Assembly (NCBI GenBank): GCA_030693235.1
Contig: JAUYBE010000006.1
Location: forward strand, 2,758-66,757
Source of the DNA: a bacterium
GTDB taxonomy: Bacteria; Patescibacteriota; Minisyncoccia; UBA6257; UBA9933
Length of the DNA stretch: 64,000 bases
Direction: 5' to 3'
This document shows, in pieces, positions 26,190 to 35,930 of the stretch. The position numbers were made by a program, and so were the translations under genes. Under the pieces are notes generated by a model. It was not told the origin of the DNA and did no database searches. It saw nothing but the letters and a program-made list of their open reading frames with translations. How positions within the stretch are numbered: position 1 is the first letter of the stretch; each line of letters opens with the position of its first letter.

Positions 26190-26966
26190 ATGTTTTCAAA
26201 ATTTATTCAAAAATTGCGAAAAAAGAATAATTTGACGCAGGGGTTTTTGGCGTCGGAGATTGGCGTGTCTCGCCCGACTTATGCTCAAATAGAGCAAGGC
26301 GAGCGGGACTTGACTATTACCGAGGCGAAAAAGCTGGCGGCTATTTTTAGTATTCCCATCAAGGATTTTTTAGAAAATAAAGATTCTTCTATAATCACAA
26401 AAATTGAAAAAGACGAGAATAAATCAAAACCGCATAAACAAGAAATAAGAATTAATATTCCGCAAAAAAACTTAAAGAAGTTTAAGGAAGTTTTTCTTTA
26501 TGTGCTGGCAAAAGTTGGCAATAAATCCAATATCGGGGAAAGCGTTTTAAACAAATTATTTTATTTTATTGATTTTGACTATTACGAAAAATACGAAGAA
26601 CAGCTAATTGGCGCTACTTACATTAAAAATCATTACGGACCAACGCCTTGCGAATTAAAAAAAATTGTTGACGAAATGAAAAAAAATAAAGAAATTGAAG
26701 AAATCAAAAGCAAGTATTTTAAATTTGACCAAAAAAAGTATCTTCCCTTAAGAAAACCCAACCTTGATATTCTTTCCGCAAGAGAAATAGGGCTTATAGA
26801 TGATGTTTTGAATCGTCTTTCTGACAAAAGCGCGAGTGAAATTCGCGATTATTCTCATGAAGATATTCCGTTTAAGGTTCATAAAGACGGCGAGAAAATC
26901 GATTACGAAACCGTTTTCTACCGCGATGAAAAATATTCCGTAAGAAGCTATGACGATAAACTTTAA
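26190..26966 (+). CDS. HTH_XRE + DUF4065/Panacea-domain protein (second PanA-like antitoxin); the track ORF starts at 26109
   Basis: The HTH is 'LRKKNNLTQGFLASEIGVSRPTYAQIEQGERDLTITEAKKL'. The Panacea-like domain is 'NKLFYFIDFDYYEKYEEQLIGATYIKNHYGPTPCEL'. It overlaps the downstream gene by 17 nt. Confidence 0.55.
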   Translation: MFSKFIQKLRKKNNLTQGFLASEIGVSRPTYAQIEQGERDLTITEAKKLAAIFSIPIKDFLENKDSSIITKIEKDENKSKPHKQEIRINIPQKNLKKFKEVFLYVLAKVGNKSNIGESVLNKLFYFIDFDYYEKYEEQLIGATYIKNHYGPTPCELKKIVDEMKKNKEIEEIKSKYFKFDQKKYLPLRKPNLDILSAREIGLIDDVLNRLSDKSASEIRDYSHEDIPFKVHKDGEKIDYETVFYRDEKYSVRSYDDKL

Positions 26967-27288
26967 TGAATTACCAGAATTTTCAAAAGAATACAAACGC
27001 TATCTTAAAAAATATAGAACATTAGATAGCGATTTTTTAAATTTTAAAAAAATTATTTTATCCATACCGTGTGGAGTTGGTAAACATTTTAATATAATCG
27101 CCATTTCAAATGATATTAAAATTATTAAAGCTCGTTTATTTTGTCGCTATTTAAAAGGCACTTCTTTGAGAGTTATTTACGCTTTTCATTGTACTAATCT
27201 AAAAATTGATTTTATTGAGATATATCCCAAAAGCGACAAGGAAAACGAAGATCGCGAGAGAATAAGAGCGTATTTGAAAAATTTTTAG
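26950..27288 (+). CDS. Putative RelE/ParE-like toxin partner
   Basis: It is 112 aa. 'LRVIYAFHCTNLKIDFIEIYPKSDKEN' resembles the RelE/ParE C-terminal signature. It is translationally coupled to the upstream antitoxin-like gene. Confidence 0.45.
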   Translation: MTINFNELPEFSKEYKRYLKKYRTLDSDFLNFKKIILSIPCGVGKHFNIIAISNDIKIIKARLFCRYLKGTSLRVIYAFHCTNLKIDFIEIYPKSDKENEDRERIRAYLKNF

Positions 27289-27441
27289 GCGGTGTGACTA
27301 TCTGTAATCCTTAATATTAGTAACGAAAAATTAACCCACCGCGACTCGAAGGAGATTTTGAAAACTGACCAACCCTATAGTCATTGAACAATTCTATGGA
27401 ATTGTTCAAAGTATTCAAAATAAAGTCAGTAAAATAATTTT

Positions 27442-27744
27442 ATGCTTAAAATAAATTGGTTTACTAAAATATTAATGCGCTTTACTCCTAAAACTTTTTT
27501 GCGCTATGCGGCAGAAGAACAAGGAATTGAACCTCGAAAAATTGATTACGCAACGAAACTTTTTGGAGAAAATAGCAGAGTGGATATTCATCCCTTGCCT
27601 AGCCAAGGCGGTAGAGGTTTTATTGTTACCTTGGATAATAAGTTATCTTTGTTTTTTTACCAAGACGGCGATCATTTTTATTATGATGGCTGTGAGATAG
27701 GAGAATACGAAAAAGGAGATGTAAACATTTTTGATAATATTTAG
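27442..27744 (+). CDS. Hypothetical protein
   Basis: ORF of 100 aa. Its 3' end overlaps the thermonuclease gene start. Confidence 0.3.
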   Translation: MLKINWFTKILMRFTPKTFLRYAAEEQGIEPRKIDYATKLFGENSRVDIHPLPSQGGRGFIVTLDNKLSLFFYQDGDHFYYDGCEIGEYEKGDVNIFDNI

Positions 27745-28609
27745 AAATCAAAAACATTCCAACATTCTAATGAGTGTTTTTACTTCAAAAAAGTTTCTGA
27801 TTATTGCGGGGATAATTTTAGCGCTGTTTATTGGTATTGCGATTGGCGGTTCGATTGTATTCACCACTAATCCTGTTTTCGACTCCGAGGTCGCTCAGAC
27901 TCGAGGAGAGCATAGTCGAATGTCGCTGACTGAAAACTTCGCGGCTGAAAATGAGAGCGAAAACAGCGAAAATTTAGCAAGCCCCATTGGAAATAAGACG
28001 GTAAAAGTTATCCGCGTTGTTGACGGCGACACGATTGAAATAGAGGGAGGAGAGAGGATTAGATATATTGGAATAGATACGCCGGAGACCGTTGACCCAC
28101 GGAAACCCGTGCAATGTTTTGGAATAGAGGCCTCCAATAAAAACAAGGAATTGGTTGAAGGCAAAATGGCGCGGCTGGAAAAAGACATTACCGACCGCGA
28201 TAAATATAATCGGCTTTTGCGCTATGTTTGGGTAGACGACACTTTTGTTAATCTGGAATTGGTAAAACAAGGTTTTGCTTATTCTTATTCCTACCCGCCG
28301 GATATAAAATATCAAGATTTATTTGTTAAGGCTCAACAGGAAGCAAGGGAAGCGAAGCGGGGTTTATGGAATACCTGCCCGGCTGTTGCTCCGGCCGGAA
28401 TTCAAATCCCGGTCTCGCAAGAAAATAGTTTCGGCGATTCTTGTTTAATCAAGGGAAATATAAGCGCTTCGGGTGAAAAGATTTATCATTTGCCCGGCTG
28501 CGGCTCGTACGAGAAAACCAAAATAGACGAAGCTCGCGGTGAAAAATGGTTTTGCGCCGAATCAGAAGCTCTTGCCGCTGGCTGGCGCAGGGCCTTAAAT
28601 TGTCCGTAA
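27731..28609 (+). CDS. Membrane-anchored/secreted thermonuclease (SNase-like) with a C-terminal Cys-containing extension
   Basis: There is an N-terminal TM helix. The SNase motif is 'VKVIRVVDGDTIEIEGGERIRYIGIDTPE'. The C-terminus is 'GEKIYHLPGCGSYEKTKID...WFCAESEALAAGWR'. Confidence 0.8.
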   Translation: MIIFRNQKHSNILMSVFTSKKFLIIAGIILALFIGIAIGGSIVFTTNPVFDSEVAQTRGEHSRMSLTENFAAENESENSENLASPIGNKTVKVIRVVDGDTIEIEGGERIRYIGIDTPETVDPRKPVQCFGIEASNKNKELVEGKMARLEKDITDRDKYNRLLRYVWVDDTFVNLELVKQGFAYSYSYPPDIKYQDLFVKAQQEAREAKRGLWNTCPAVAPAGIQIPVSQENSFGDSCLIKGNISASGEKIYHLPGCGSYEKTKIDEARGEKWFCAESEALAAGWRRALNCP

Positions 28610-28731
28610 GGCGCGCCATAATATTAAAGCGTATTTGACAAAATATAATTTATAAATAATAATTAAATGGCAAAATAAGATACGGAAACATAGTCGAGTT
28701 TCTCGGTATAATTAATCGTAAAAACAATCGT

Positions 28732-28932
28732 ATGAACGGAACAATCAAAACTCTTATTGCGGATAAAGGATTTGGATTTATTTCTCGCGAAGGAGAAGAA
28801 AAAGACCTATTCTTTCATTCCAAAGAATTGAGCGGCGTGACATTTGACGAATTGAAGGTTGGCGATGCAGTCGCCTTTGAAGTTGTTGAAACCGAAAAGG
28901 GTTCGGCCGCCACAAACGTATCGCGCGCCTAA
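28732..28932 (+). CDS. cspA: Cold-shock protein (CspA family)
   Basis: 'MNGTIKTLIADKGFGFISREGEEKDLFFH' is the cold-shock domain with RNP motifs. Confidence 0.85.
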   Translation: MNGTIKTLIADKGFGFISREGEEKDLFFHSKELSGVTFDELKVGDAVAFEVVETEKGSAATNVSRA

Positions 28933-28945
28933 GCGTTGCAAAGAG

Positions 28946-28978
28946 AAAGCCGTCCTTCGGGGGCGGCTTTTTTGTTTC
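28946..28978 (+). terminator. Rho-independent terminator after csp
   Basis: 'agccgtccttcgggggcggctttttt' is a GC stem plus a T-run. Confidence 0.6.
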
Positions 28979-29025
28979 AGCCCGAGGCTGATTCGCCTCT
29001 ATCGGAATTAATGTATAATTAAATT

Positions 29026-29415
29026 GTGAAAAAGTTAAATCAGACAGAGTTTGAAAAAATCGTGAAAGATGGAATAGAGGCGATTCCGGAAAAATTTTTG
29101 CGAAAACTGGACAATGTGGTAATTGTTATTGAAGTTGAACCGACGCCGGCCCAGAAAAAGAAACTGAATATTCATCCGGGTTGGACGCTGTTCGGTTTAT
29201 ACGAAGGCGTGCCGCAACTGGAAAGAGGAGCGGGATACAGCGCGGTACTGCCCGACAAAATAACTATTTTCCAAAAGCCGATTGAAGATGAGGCGGCAGA
29301 TGAGAAAGATATGAGAGAAATAGTAAAAAATACCGTCTGGCATGAAATCGCCCATCATTTCGGGATGGACGAAGCCCGGGTGCGGCAAACTGAAGCCAAA
29401 AGGCGGAAAAATTAG
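29026..29415 (+). CDS. Zincin-like metallopeptidase family protein (DUF1025-like)
   Basis: It has the 'HEIAHHFG' HExxH motif in a ~130 aa protein. Confidence 0.55.
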   Translation: MKKLNQTEFEKIVKDGIEAIPEKFLRKLDNVVIVIEVEPTPAQKKKLNIHPGWTLFGLYEGVPQLERGAGYSAVLPDKITIFQKPIEDEAADEKDMREIVKNTVWHEIAHHFGMDEARVRQTEAKRRKN

Positions 29416-29480
29416 TATAAAATATTAAATTATTGTACAATCAAGCAAAGGTCGATTTATTAATTAATTTGGGTTGATTT

Positions 29481-30185
29481 ATGAAAAAAATCATTGTTTT
29501 TTCAATTATTTCGGCGATGATAATTGGGTCATTTGGCTTGGCAATGGCGCAAACAAAAAATTCAATAAGGCAAGAATTTGAAGCAAAAAGAACGGAGGCG
29601 AAAAATTTGATGGAAAGTAAAAAGGAAGAATTTAAAAATAAAGTTGAAGCCAAAAGGGAAGAAGCGAAATCCAGAATTGAAGCTAAAAAAGCGGAGTTAA
29701 AAGGGAAATTGACCAAAATCAAAGACGAGCGCAAAAAGCAGATTGTTGAAAGAGTTTATAATCAGATTAATGAATTGAATGAACGTCGCTTGGATCACTT
29801 TTCAGCCGTTCTGGAAAAATTGGAAAAAGTTTTGGATAGAATTTCCAATCGAGCCGCCAAAGCGGAAGTCAATGGCCGCGATATCAGCGCTGTCAAAACA
29901 GCTATCACCGAAGCGACCAATTCCATTGCTTTAAGTAGGACGGCGATTCAGAATCAAGTTGGAAAAGTCTACACGCCGGTCATTAATACTGAAAATACCT
30001 TAAAAACCGATATTGGCAAAATTCGTCAAGCTCTCCATAGCGATTTAGCCGGCGTTCAAGAAACCGTAAAAATTGCTCGAGAAGCGGTTAGGAAGGCCGC
30101 GACAACTCTGGCTCAGATTCCCAAATTTGACGAATTGGAAGTGGCAACTTCAACAACAGCGACAACAACCCAACCAGCTCAATAA
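29481..30185 (+). CDS. Secreted Lys/Glu-rich coiled-coil protein
   Basis: The signal-peptide-like N-terminus is 'MKKIIVFSIISAMIIGSFGLAMA'. Repeated 'EAKREEAKSRIEAKKAE' heptads follow. Confidence 0.4.
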   Translation: MKKIIVFSIISAMIIGSFGLAMAQTKNSIRQEFEAKRTEAKNLMESKKEEFKNKVEAKREEAKSRIEAKKAELKGKLTKIKDERKKQIVERVYNQINELNERRLDHFSAVLEKLEKVLDRISNRAAKAEVNGRDISAVKTAITEATNSIALSRTAIQNQVGKVYTPVINTENTLKTDIGKIRQALHSDLAGVQETVKIAREAVRKAATTLAQIPKFDELEVATSTTATTTQPAQ

Positions 30186-30197
30186 CAATACAAAAAT

Positions 30198-30509
30198 ATG
30201 GAACAAAACACAGAACCCAAAATGGTGCCAAGTATTGAACCAATCGTTGAACCCAAAAGTAAAAAATATTCTATTGTTCTTATAATCGGAGTAGTAGTTA
30301 TTTTGATTGGTTTGGGAGTTTGGTATTGGCAATCTCAAGAAGAAAAAATCATTACTCCTCCAGCAACTGTTCCAACAGCTCCGGCAACAGCTCCAGCAAC
30401 TGTCAAAGAAGATTCCACCTCCGCTATCAATCAAGAATTGGATAATATTGATGTTGGCGATTTGGACAAAGAATTTCAGGCGATTGATACTGATTTGAAT
30501 TCTCTGTAA
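30198..30509 (+). CDS. Small membrane protein with a Pro/Ala/Thr-rich linker
   Basis: A TM helix 'YSIVLIIGVVVILIGLGVWYW' is followed by 'PATVPTAPATAPATV'. Confidence 0.35.
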   Translation: MEQNTEPKMVPSIEPIVEPKSKKYSIVLIIGVVVILIGLGVWYWQSQEEKIITPPATVPTAPATAPATVKEDSTSAINQELDNIDVGDLDKEFQAIDTDLNSL

Positions 30510-30567
30510 TAGAAGTGGATAAACGTTGATTTATGCGAATATGTAGAAGCGGATTAACGCGGAAAAG

Positions 30568-30605
30568 AAAAAGCCCCCCGACCGCGGTCGGGGGGCTTTT
30601 TTGGG
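30568..30605 (+). terminator. Rho-independent terminator
   Basis: 'aaaaagccccccgaccgcggtcggggggctttttt'. Confidence 0.65.
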
Positions 30606-30678
30606 GCGGGCCGCCTTGGCGGAAAAATAATTATGATTTAATATATGCGATAGAGGGTCGTAAAAATCTTTTATAAAA

Positions 30679-31569
30679 ATGCCATTGCGTTTTTTAATCA
30701 TTGTTCTTTTGATTCTCGCGGCAGTTTTTTATTTTCAGAACGGAAGCCTGAAAACCGAAAACGTCGCGACTTTTGAACCGATAAAAAAATCGGTTGTTGG
30801 ATTGGCGGAAGAATCAAAAATAGAAGAAGTGGAGAAAGCGATAAAAGCTGTTTCCGCTCCGCCGCCTCTTAGAATTAAAAAAGAAGTTTCGCAAGAAGTT
30901 CCGCCGTCTATTCTTACCCGGCTTGGGATATTCACTTGGACGAATACCCAGAGAATAATAAACGGTTTTCCGGCGCTTCAGGAAAGCGCTGAATTAAACG
31001 CAGTGGCTCTTTTTAAAGCGGATGATATATTAAAAAGGCAATATTTTAATCATATTTCGCCAATCGGCGAAGGTCCGGCGGAATTGGCGAAGAAAGCCGG
31101 TTATGAATATATTTCGATCGGAGAAAATTTAGCAATGGGCAATTTTAAAAACGACGGCGATTTAGTCGAATCTTGGATGAACAGCCCGGGTCATCGCGCC
31201 AATATTTTGAATTTCAAATACAAAGAATTGGGGGTGGCGGTTGTAAAAGGCGAGTATAAAGGGGAAACCGTCTGGGTGGCGGTTCAGGAATTCGGTTTGC
31301 CGCTTTCCGCTTGCTCTCAGCCGGAGCAGGCTTTAAAAAATCAGATTGAACAAGCGCAAAATCAAATTAACAATTTTAAAAGCCAAATTGAAGATAAAAT
31401 TCAGGAATTGGAAAGCAAGAAATTCAACGGTCGGCAGGAGTATAACCAAAAAATCAACGAGTATAACGAATTAGTCAATCAACACAATAATTTAATTGAA
31501 ACAATCAAATCTTTGATCTCCGATTATAATAATCAGGTAAATAATTTTAATTTTTGTTTAAAAGCATGA
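30679..31569 (+). CDS. CAP/SCP/PR1-like domain protein with an N-terminal TM anchor and a C-terminal coiled coil
   Basis: 'GHRANILNFKYKELGVAVV' is the CAP-domain signature. Confidence 0.65.
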   Translation: MPLRFLIIVLLILAAVFYFQNGSLKTENVATFEPIKKSVVGLAEESKIEEVEKAIKAVSAPPPLRIKKEVSQEVPPSILTRLGIFTWTNTQRIINGFPALQESAELNAVALFKADDILKRQYFNHISPIGEGPAELAKKAGYEYISIGENLAMGNFKNDGDLVESWMNSPGHRANILNFKYKELGVAVVKGEYKGETVWVAVQEFGLPLSACSQPEQALKNQIEQAQNQINNFKSQIEDKIQELESKKFNGRQEYNQKINEYNELVNQHNNLIETIKSLISDYNNQVNNFNFCLKA

Positions 31570-32351
31570 AGGAGTTGCGTATTCAAAAATATCTTTCAGG
31601 TCAAGGCGTTTGTTCCCGCCGGGAAGCCGAAGATTTTATCAGGCGCGGTTTTGTTTTTGTGAACGGCAAAGTCGTCAGAGAAATGGGAGTTAAAATCAAT
31701 CCGGAAACGGACAAGGTGGAGCTTATTATTAAGCCGGCCGGCGGGCCTGCCTGCGCAGGCAGGGAAGATAAAAAAGAAAGCGTGATTGTTTATAAGCCCC
31801 GGGGAATTGTTTCTTCGCGAATTCCTTCCGAGGGAAAAACAATATACGATCTTTTTCCGCAATTTTCCAAATTGAATATTGTGGGGCGGCTTGATAAGGA
31901 AAGCGAAGGATTGCTCTTGCTTTCAAATGACGGCGTTATCGCGAGAGCCGTAACCGGAGAAGAACATATTATGGAAAAAGAATATGAAGTGGTTGTTCGG
32001 GAGAAAATAAACGCTTCCAAAATAATCGGTTCATTTAAAAAAGGCATTCAGTTGGCGGATTGGAAAACTTTTCCGGCAAGGGTTAGGGTTTTGAATGATT
32101 ATACTTTTCGTGTTATTCTTAAGGAAGGAAAAAATCACCAGATTCGCAGAATGTGCGAACATATCCGTCTTACCGTTGTTAAATTAAAGCGGATTCGGAT
32201 AGGAAACATATTGTTAGGCAAGCTTGATATTGGCGGCCACCGTTTGCTTACAAATCAAGAAGTTCAAAAATTAAAGGAAATTTTATATGCTCTAATTCGC
32301 GCGAATAGGAGAATAGATTACAATAAACTAAGCAAAAAGTCGAAAAATTAA
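31554..32351 (+). CDS. Pseudouridine synthase, RsuA/RluB family (S4 + catalytic domain); probable start at 31566
   Basis: S4 is 'RIQKYLSGQGVCSRREAEDFI'. The catalytic Asp lies in 'VGRLDKESEGLLLLSNDG'. The C-terminal coding sequence contains a copy of the ATTCGCGCGAAT repeat (32289-32316). Confidence 0.75.
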   Translation: MFKSMKELRIQKYLSGQGVCSRREAEDFIRRGFVFVNGKVVREMGVKINPETDKVELIIKPAGGPACAGREDKKESVIVYKPRGIVSSRIPSEGKTIYDLFPQFSKLNIVGRLDKESEGLLLLSNDGVIARAVTGEEHIMEKEYEVVVREKINASKIIGSFKKGIQLADWKTFPARVRVLNDYTFRVILKEGKNHQIRRMCEHIRLTVVKLKRIRIGNILLGKLDIGGHRLLTNQEVQKLKEILYALIRANRRIDYNKLSKKSKN

Positions 32352-32627
32352 TTGAGAAATAAATTCATGGAAAATAAGCGGGAAAATTTTGGGAATAAAA
32401 GCGAAAATAAAAACGAGGCGGAGAAAATTCCGGAGAAAGCAAGCGATATGGAAATCGCGCTTTTTTTCGCTAAACACATAGATAATCCTTGCGAAGTGGA
32501 AGTAGCGCCTGATAAAAAAGAAAACATCCGAGAATTTTATCTAAGAGAAGCAAGAAACGCGCTTTCTAAAATGACTAATGAGAACGCGAAAAGATTTTTA
32601 GAGCTCAAAATTAAAGAGTATAAGTGA
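32352..32627 (+). CDS. Hypothetical protein
   Basis: ORF of 91 aa. Confidence 0.25.
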   Translation: MRNKFMENKRENFGNKSENKNEAEKIPEKASDMEIALFFAKHIDNPCEVEVAPDKKENIREFYLREARNALSKMTNENAKRFLELKIKEYK

Positions 32628-32700
32628 ATGAGTAAAGTGAAAAAAATCTAAAAATAAAAATTGGTCTGATTGTGTAACTAAACATAGTTTTGCTCTGGAT

Positions 32701-32916
32701 TTGGAAGAAGGCATTTTTACCTGGGACGACCCGAAAAAAATCGCGAAGTCGCTTAAAAAATCAGCCGAGGCGAGCCAACGCCGGAAAGGAACAGTATTTC
32801 AATCAGCGATGTCAATGCTTAATTTTTACCTCAACCGCGCCGGTAAAAATTTAAAACCAGCAAGAAAACGAATTTTGGAGCAGGCAAAAATAGAACTGCG
32901 AAAATTATTTAAATAA
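32701..32916 (+). CDS. DUF3175-like small protein
   Basis: 'FQSAMSMLNFYLNRAGKNL' resembles the DUF3175 signature. The assignment is tentative. Confidence 0.35.
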   Translation: MEEGIFTWDDPKKIAKSLKKSAEASQRRKGTVFQSAMSMLNFYLNRAGKNLKPARKRILEQAKIELRKLFK

Positions 32917-32921
32917 TATAA

Positions 32922-33515
32922 ATGCTGCGATATAATATTTGTATATTTATGAAAAATAAAATTATTATTTTTGTTGTATTGATAATTTTGATTGCCGCCG
33001 GCGTTTATGTTTATGTTGTTAATAACCAAACTGAAAATATGAAACACTCAATAACCATCAAAACCAATTTCGGCGATATTCAATTTGAAACCTATGACGC
33101 CGACGCGCCTAAGACAGTTAAAAATTTTATCGCTTTGGCAAATAAAGGATTTTATGACGGCTCGACTTCCCACCGCGTTATCAAAGGATTTATGATTCAG
33201 GGAGGGGATCCGACCGGAACCGGCGCCGGCGGGCCGGGATATAAATTTGAAGACGAATTAAATCCTCAAACTGAATCATATAAAGCCGGTTATCAAAAAG
33301 GAGTGGTGGCAATGGCGAATGCCGGCCCGAATACCAATGGCAGTCAGTTTTTCATAATGCTTGAAAATTATCCTTTGCTTAATAATTACACGATTTTCGG
33401 GAAAGTCGTAAAAGGTCAGGATGTGGTTGATAAAATAGGGGATGTAAAAACAGATTCCAATGATAAGCCATTAGTTCCGGTAATAATAGAAAAAGTATTA
33501 ATTAACGAGGCTTGA
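32922..33515 (+). CDS. ppiB: Peptidyl-prolyl cis-trans isomerase, cyclophilin type
   Basis: 'HRVIKGFMIQGGDPTGTGAGG' and 'GVVAMANAGPNTNGSQFFI'. Confidence 0.85.
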   Translation: MLRYNICIFMKNKIIIFVVLIILIAAGVYVYVVNNQTENMKHSITIKTNFGDIQFETYDADAPKTVKNFIALANKGFYDGSTSHRVIKGFMIQGGDPTGTGAGGPGYKFEDELNPQTESYKAGYQKGVVAMANAGPNTNGSQFFIMLENYPLLNNYTIFGKVVKGQDVVDKIGDVKTDSNDKPLVPVIIEKVLINEA

Positions 33516-33670
33516 CATTTTCATAAATATTAGTATTATTGATAATAGATTAAGTCCTTTAATAAATAACAACGGTTTAGCCGTTTATATATAGAGGGAA
33601 TTTGTAGATTTGGATAATAATTTGCAGTTTTGAATCGGTCATACAAAAAAATGGAGGTGTGAGATGAATT
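33506..33670 (+). promoter_or_regulatory. Promoter/leader element, copy 1 (TTGACA-16-TATTAT, hairpin, long leader ending 'aaaatggaggtg' SD + 'atgaatt'); copy 2 at 38038-38215
   Basis: The first ~90 bp are ~90% identical between the copies ('cttgacattttcataaatattagta(t/c)tattgataatag...aacggttt...ccgtttatata(t/a)agag'). Both end with the same SD and an 'atgaatt' start context. Confidence 0.55.
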
Positions 33671-34470
33671 GTAGAAAAGATTGTAGAAAAGGAAGAATAA
33701 ATAATACTCAAACCGTTGGAAATATATTTATTAAGACTGCGGTAAGAGCAGAATCTAGTAGAAGATTGCGGTTAAAAAGAGAGATGTGGTCTTTGTTTAT
33801 TGCTAAGAAGAAAGGAATGAGTGTGCCGAGAGTTATTGATTATTATATTGATCATAAGGGGCAAGAAGTTCTTAAGACGGAGGCGGTAATAAATGGAAAA
33901 GTATTAACAACATTCCCTATTGGGTTGCAAATTCAAGTAATGAAAAAAATAGGTTCTGAGATATTAAAGTTGGAGTTGGTATCGGAAAAATTTGGCTGGC
34001 CCAATCCAAATACCCTTAAAGGAGAATTTGATAAATGGGGATTATTTCTTTATGATTTTACAAGACGGTATGGTCAAAGACTTGTAGACAGGAGTATTCT
34101 TCCTAATAATTTTTTAGAAAGCTTATTAGAAAGAATATCTGGTTTTAATTTTAATCTGAAAAACTCCGGTCTTGTTCATAGAGACATCAAGCCCAACAAC
34201 ATTTTATGTACAGAAAATTTAAATGAATATTGGCTTATTGATTGGGAGAATTCTCTATTGGGAGATCAATTATTTGATTTAGCATCTTATGGCGCCAATT
34301 ATGGCAGGGATTGTTTATGGGAGGGATTAGCCGATGGTTTTGGTAGTTCAGCTGTTATGCCCGAGAAGTACGAACTATATGAAATGATTGTATTAATCGG
34401 GGCTATAGATTTTTATAGGAATCAAGGAATAGACTATTCGCAAAAGCTTAAAAAGCTTTTGCGAATGTAG
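33664..34470 (+). CDS. Protein-kinase-like (APH/choline-kinase-like) phosphotransferase
   Basis: 'LVHRDIKPNNIL' (catalytic loop) and 'LIDWE' (DFG-equivalent IDxE) are typical of APH/Kdo-kinase-like phosphotransferases. Confidence 0.5.
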   Translation: MNCRKDCRKGRINNTQTVGNIFIKTAVRAESSRRLRLKREMWSLFIAKKKGMSVPRVIDYYIDHKGQEVLKTEAVINGKVLTTFPIGLQIQVMKKIGSEILKLELVSEKFGWPNPNTLKGEFDKWGLFLYDFTRRYGQRLVDRSILPNNFLESLLERISGFNFNLKNSGLVHRDIKPNNILCTENLNEYWLIDWENSLLGDQLFDLASYGANYGRDCLWEGLADGFGSSAVMPEKYELYEMIVLIGAIDFYRNQGIDYSQKLKKLLRM

Positions 34471-34544
34471 CCCCATAAGGATTTTATCTTACCTATGGGG
34501 CTATATTTATTATGTCTGATTATATAAATAATATATAAAAATTC

Positions 34545-35462
34545 ATGAAAATTACTATTGGTATTCCCCATCATAGATCTATAGAGCCGATTCGTCGGTT
34601 GATTGATGGTTTAAATAATCAAAAGACAAATTTTCTTGATTTAAAAAATGAAGTAGAAATAATTATCGTAAACGATGGTAAAGAAAGTATCACCAGTAAA
34701 GCCGATTTTAATGTTAAAAATATAAATCTTAAAATCATTAATCAAGAAAATAGAGGAGTTGCGTCTGCAAGAAATAAAATTATAGATTCTGCCTTAAGTG
34801 ATTTAATTTTTTTTCTTGATGATGATTGTTGTCCTAAAGAAAACTGGCTACAATCAATGTATAAACGTTTTTTGGTTGATAAAAAAATTGATGGAGTGGG
34901 GGGAAGAGTAATTCCTCTTCCTAAAAAAGGATTAGTTAATGAATACTATAATGTTGCCAATCGGCTTGAAAAACCAACTATTGACCGTGAAACCGGAGAA
35001 ATTGTTACAATTATTACCGCGAATTGCGGTTTTCGTACGAAAGCACTTCATAATATTAGAGGATTTGATCAAAAAACTTTCAATAAAAATGTTTTTGGCG
35101 GAGAAGATGTAGACTTGACATATCGGCTACGACGAAGGGGATATATTTTAGGTTATGAATCTAGGGCAGTTGTTTTTCATGAATATCCGGAAAAATTTTC
35201 CACTATATTCAGTAAATATGCAAACTATGGATATGGAATGAAAATTTATTGTTTGGCTAGAAATATTGACCCAAAATCAATTCGTCAACCGCGATTAAAT
35301 ATTGTTTCTTGTATAATATATTTTATAAAATTCCCAATTATATTTAAAAATTCTTATTTTGTTTTCAGAAAGAGAATCAACAGATTAAAATCAATTTTAT
35401 TCTCTTTTTTTGATATTATAAGATATATTGGACATGGATATGGATTTTTAATAAAAAAATAA
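34545..35462 (+). CDS. Glycosyltransferase family 2
   Basis: 'IIIVNDGKES', 'FFLDDDCCP' (DxD) and 'GGEDVDL'. Confidence 0.65.
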   Translation: MKITIGIPHHRSIEPIRRLIDGLNNQKTNFLDLKNEVEIIIVNDGKESITSKADFNVKNINLKIINQENRGVASARNKIIDSALSDLIFFLDDDCCPKENWLQSMYKRFLVDKKIDGVGGRVIPLPKKGLVNEYYNVANRLEKPTIDRETGEIVTIITANCGFRTKALHNIRGFDQKTFNKNVFGGEDVDLTYRLRRRGYILGYESRAVVFHEYPEKFSTIFSKYANYGYGMKIYCLARNIDPKSIRQPRLNIVSCIIYFIKFPIIFKNSYFVFRKRINRLKSILFSFFDIIRYIGHGYGFLIKK

Positions 35463-35500
35463 TTTGTTTTTTGTGAGTAATAAATTATCATTTATAAATT

Positions 35501-35908
35501 ATGATAGATAATAAAAAAGAGTTAAAAATAAGCGTTAAGGCAGTTTTTCGCGCTAAAAATAAAGTTATGTTTCATAAATCTAAAGATGGTGTTCGTGATT
35601 TACCAGGCGGCCATATAGAGTTTGGGGAAACAATTATAGAAGCATTAAAAAGAGAGCTAATGGAAGAAATTAATTTTGATTTAAATAACGATCCAAAATT
35701 ATTGCATGTATGGACATATATTTGTAAAAACAAAAATATTCACAGGGTTTATATAGTTTATTTAATTGATATTGGCAATAATCCTAAAAAATTTGTCCAT
35801 CAAGAAGTAAATGATATGGAGTTTGTTTGGTTAAAAAAAGAGAAAGTTAAGGAACAATGTTTTTTGCCAGAAATGGAAAATTTATTATTGAAGGCGTTCG
35901 ATATTTAG
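35501..35908 (+). CDS. NUDIX hydrolase
   Basis: The Nudix box is 'GGHIEFGETIIEALKRELMEEINF'. Confidence 0.7.
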   Translation: MIDNKKELKISVKAVFRAKNKVMFHKSKDGVRDLPGGHIEFGETIIEALKRELMEEINFDLNNDPKLLHVWTYICKNKNIHRVYIVYLIDIGNNPKKFVHQEVNDMEFVWLKKEKVKEQCFLPEMENLLLKAFDI

Positions 35909-35930
35909 TTTTTTAAACAAAGCAAAAACA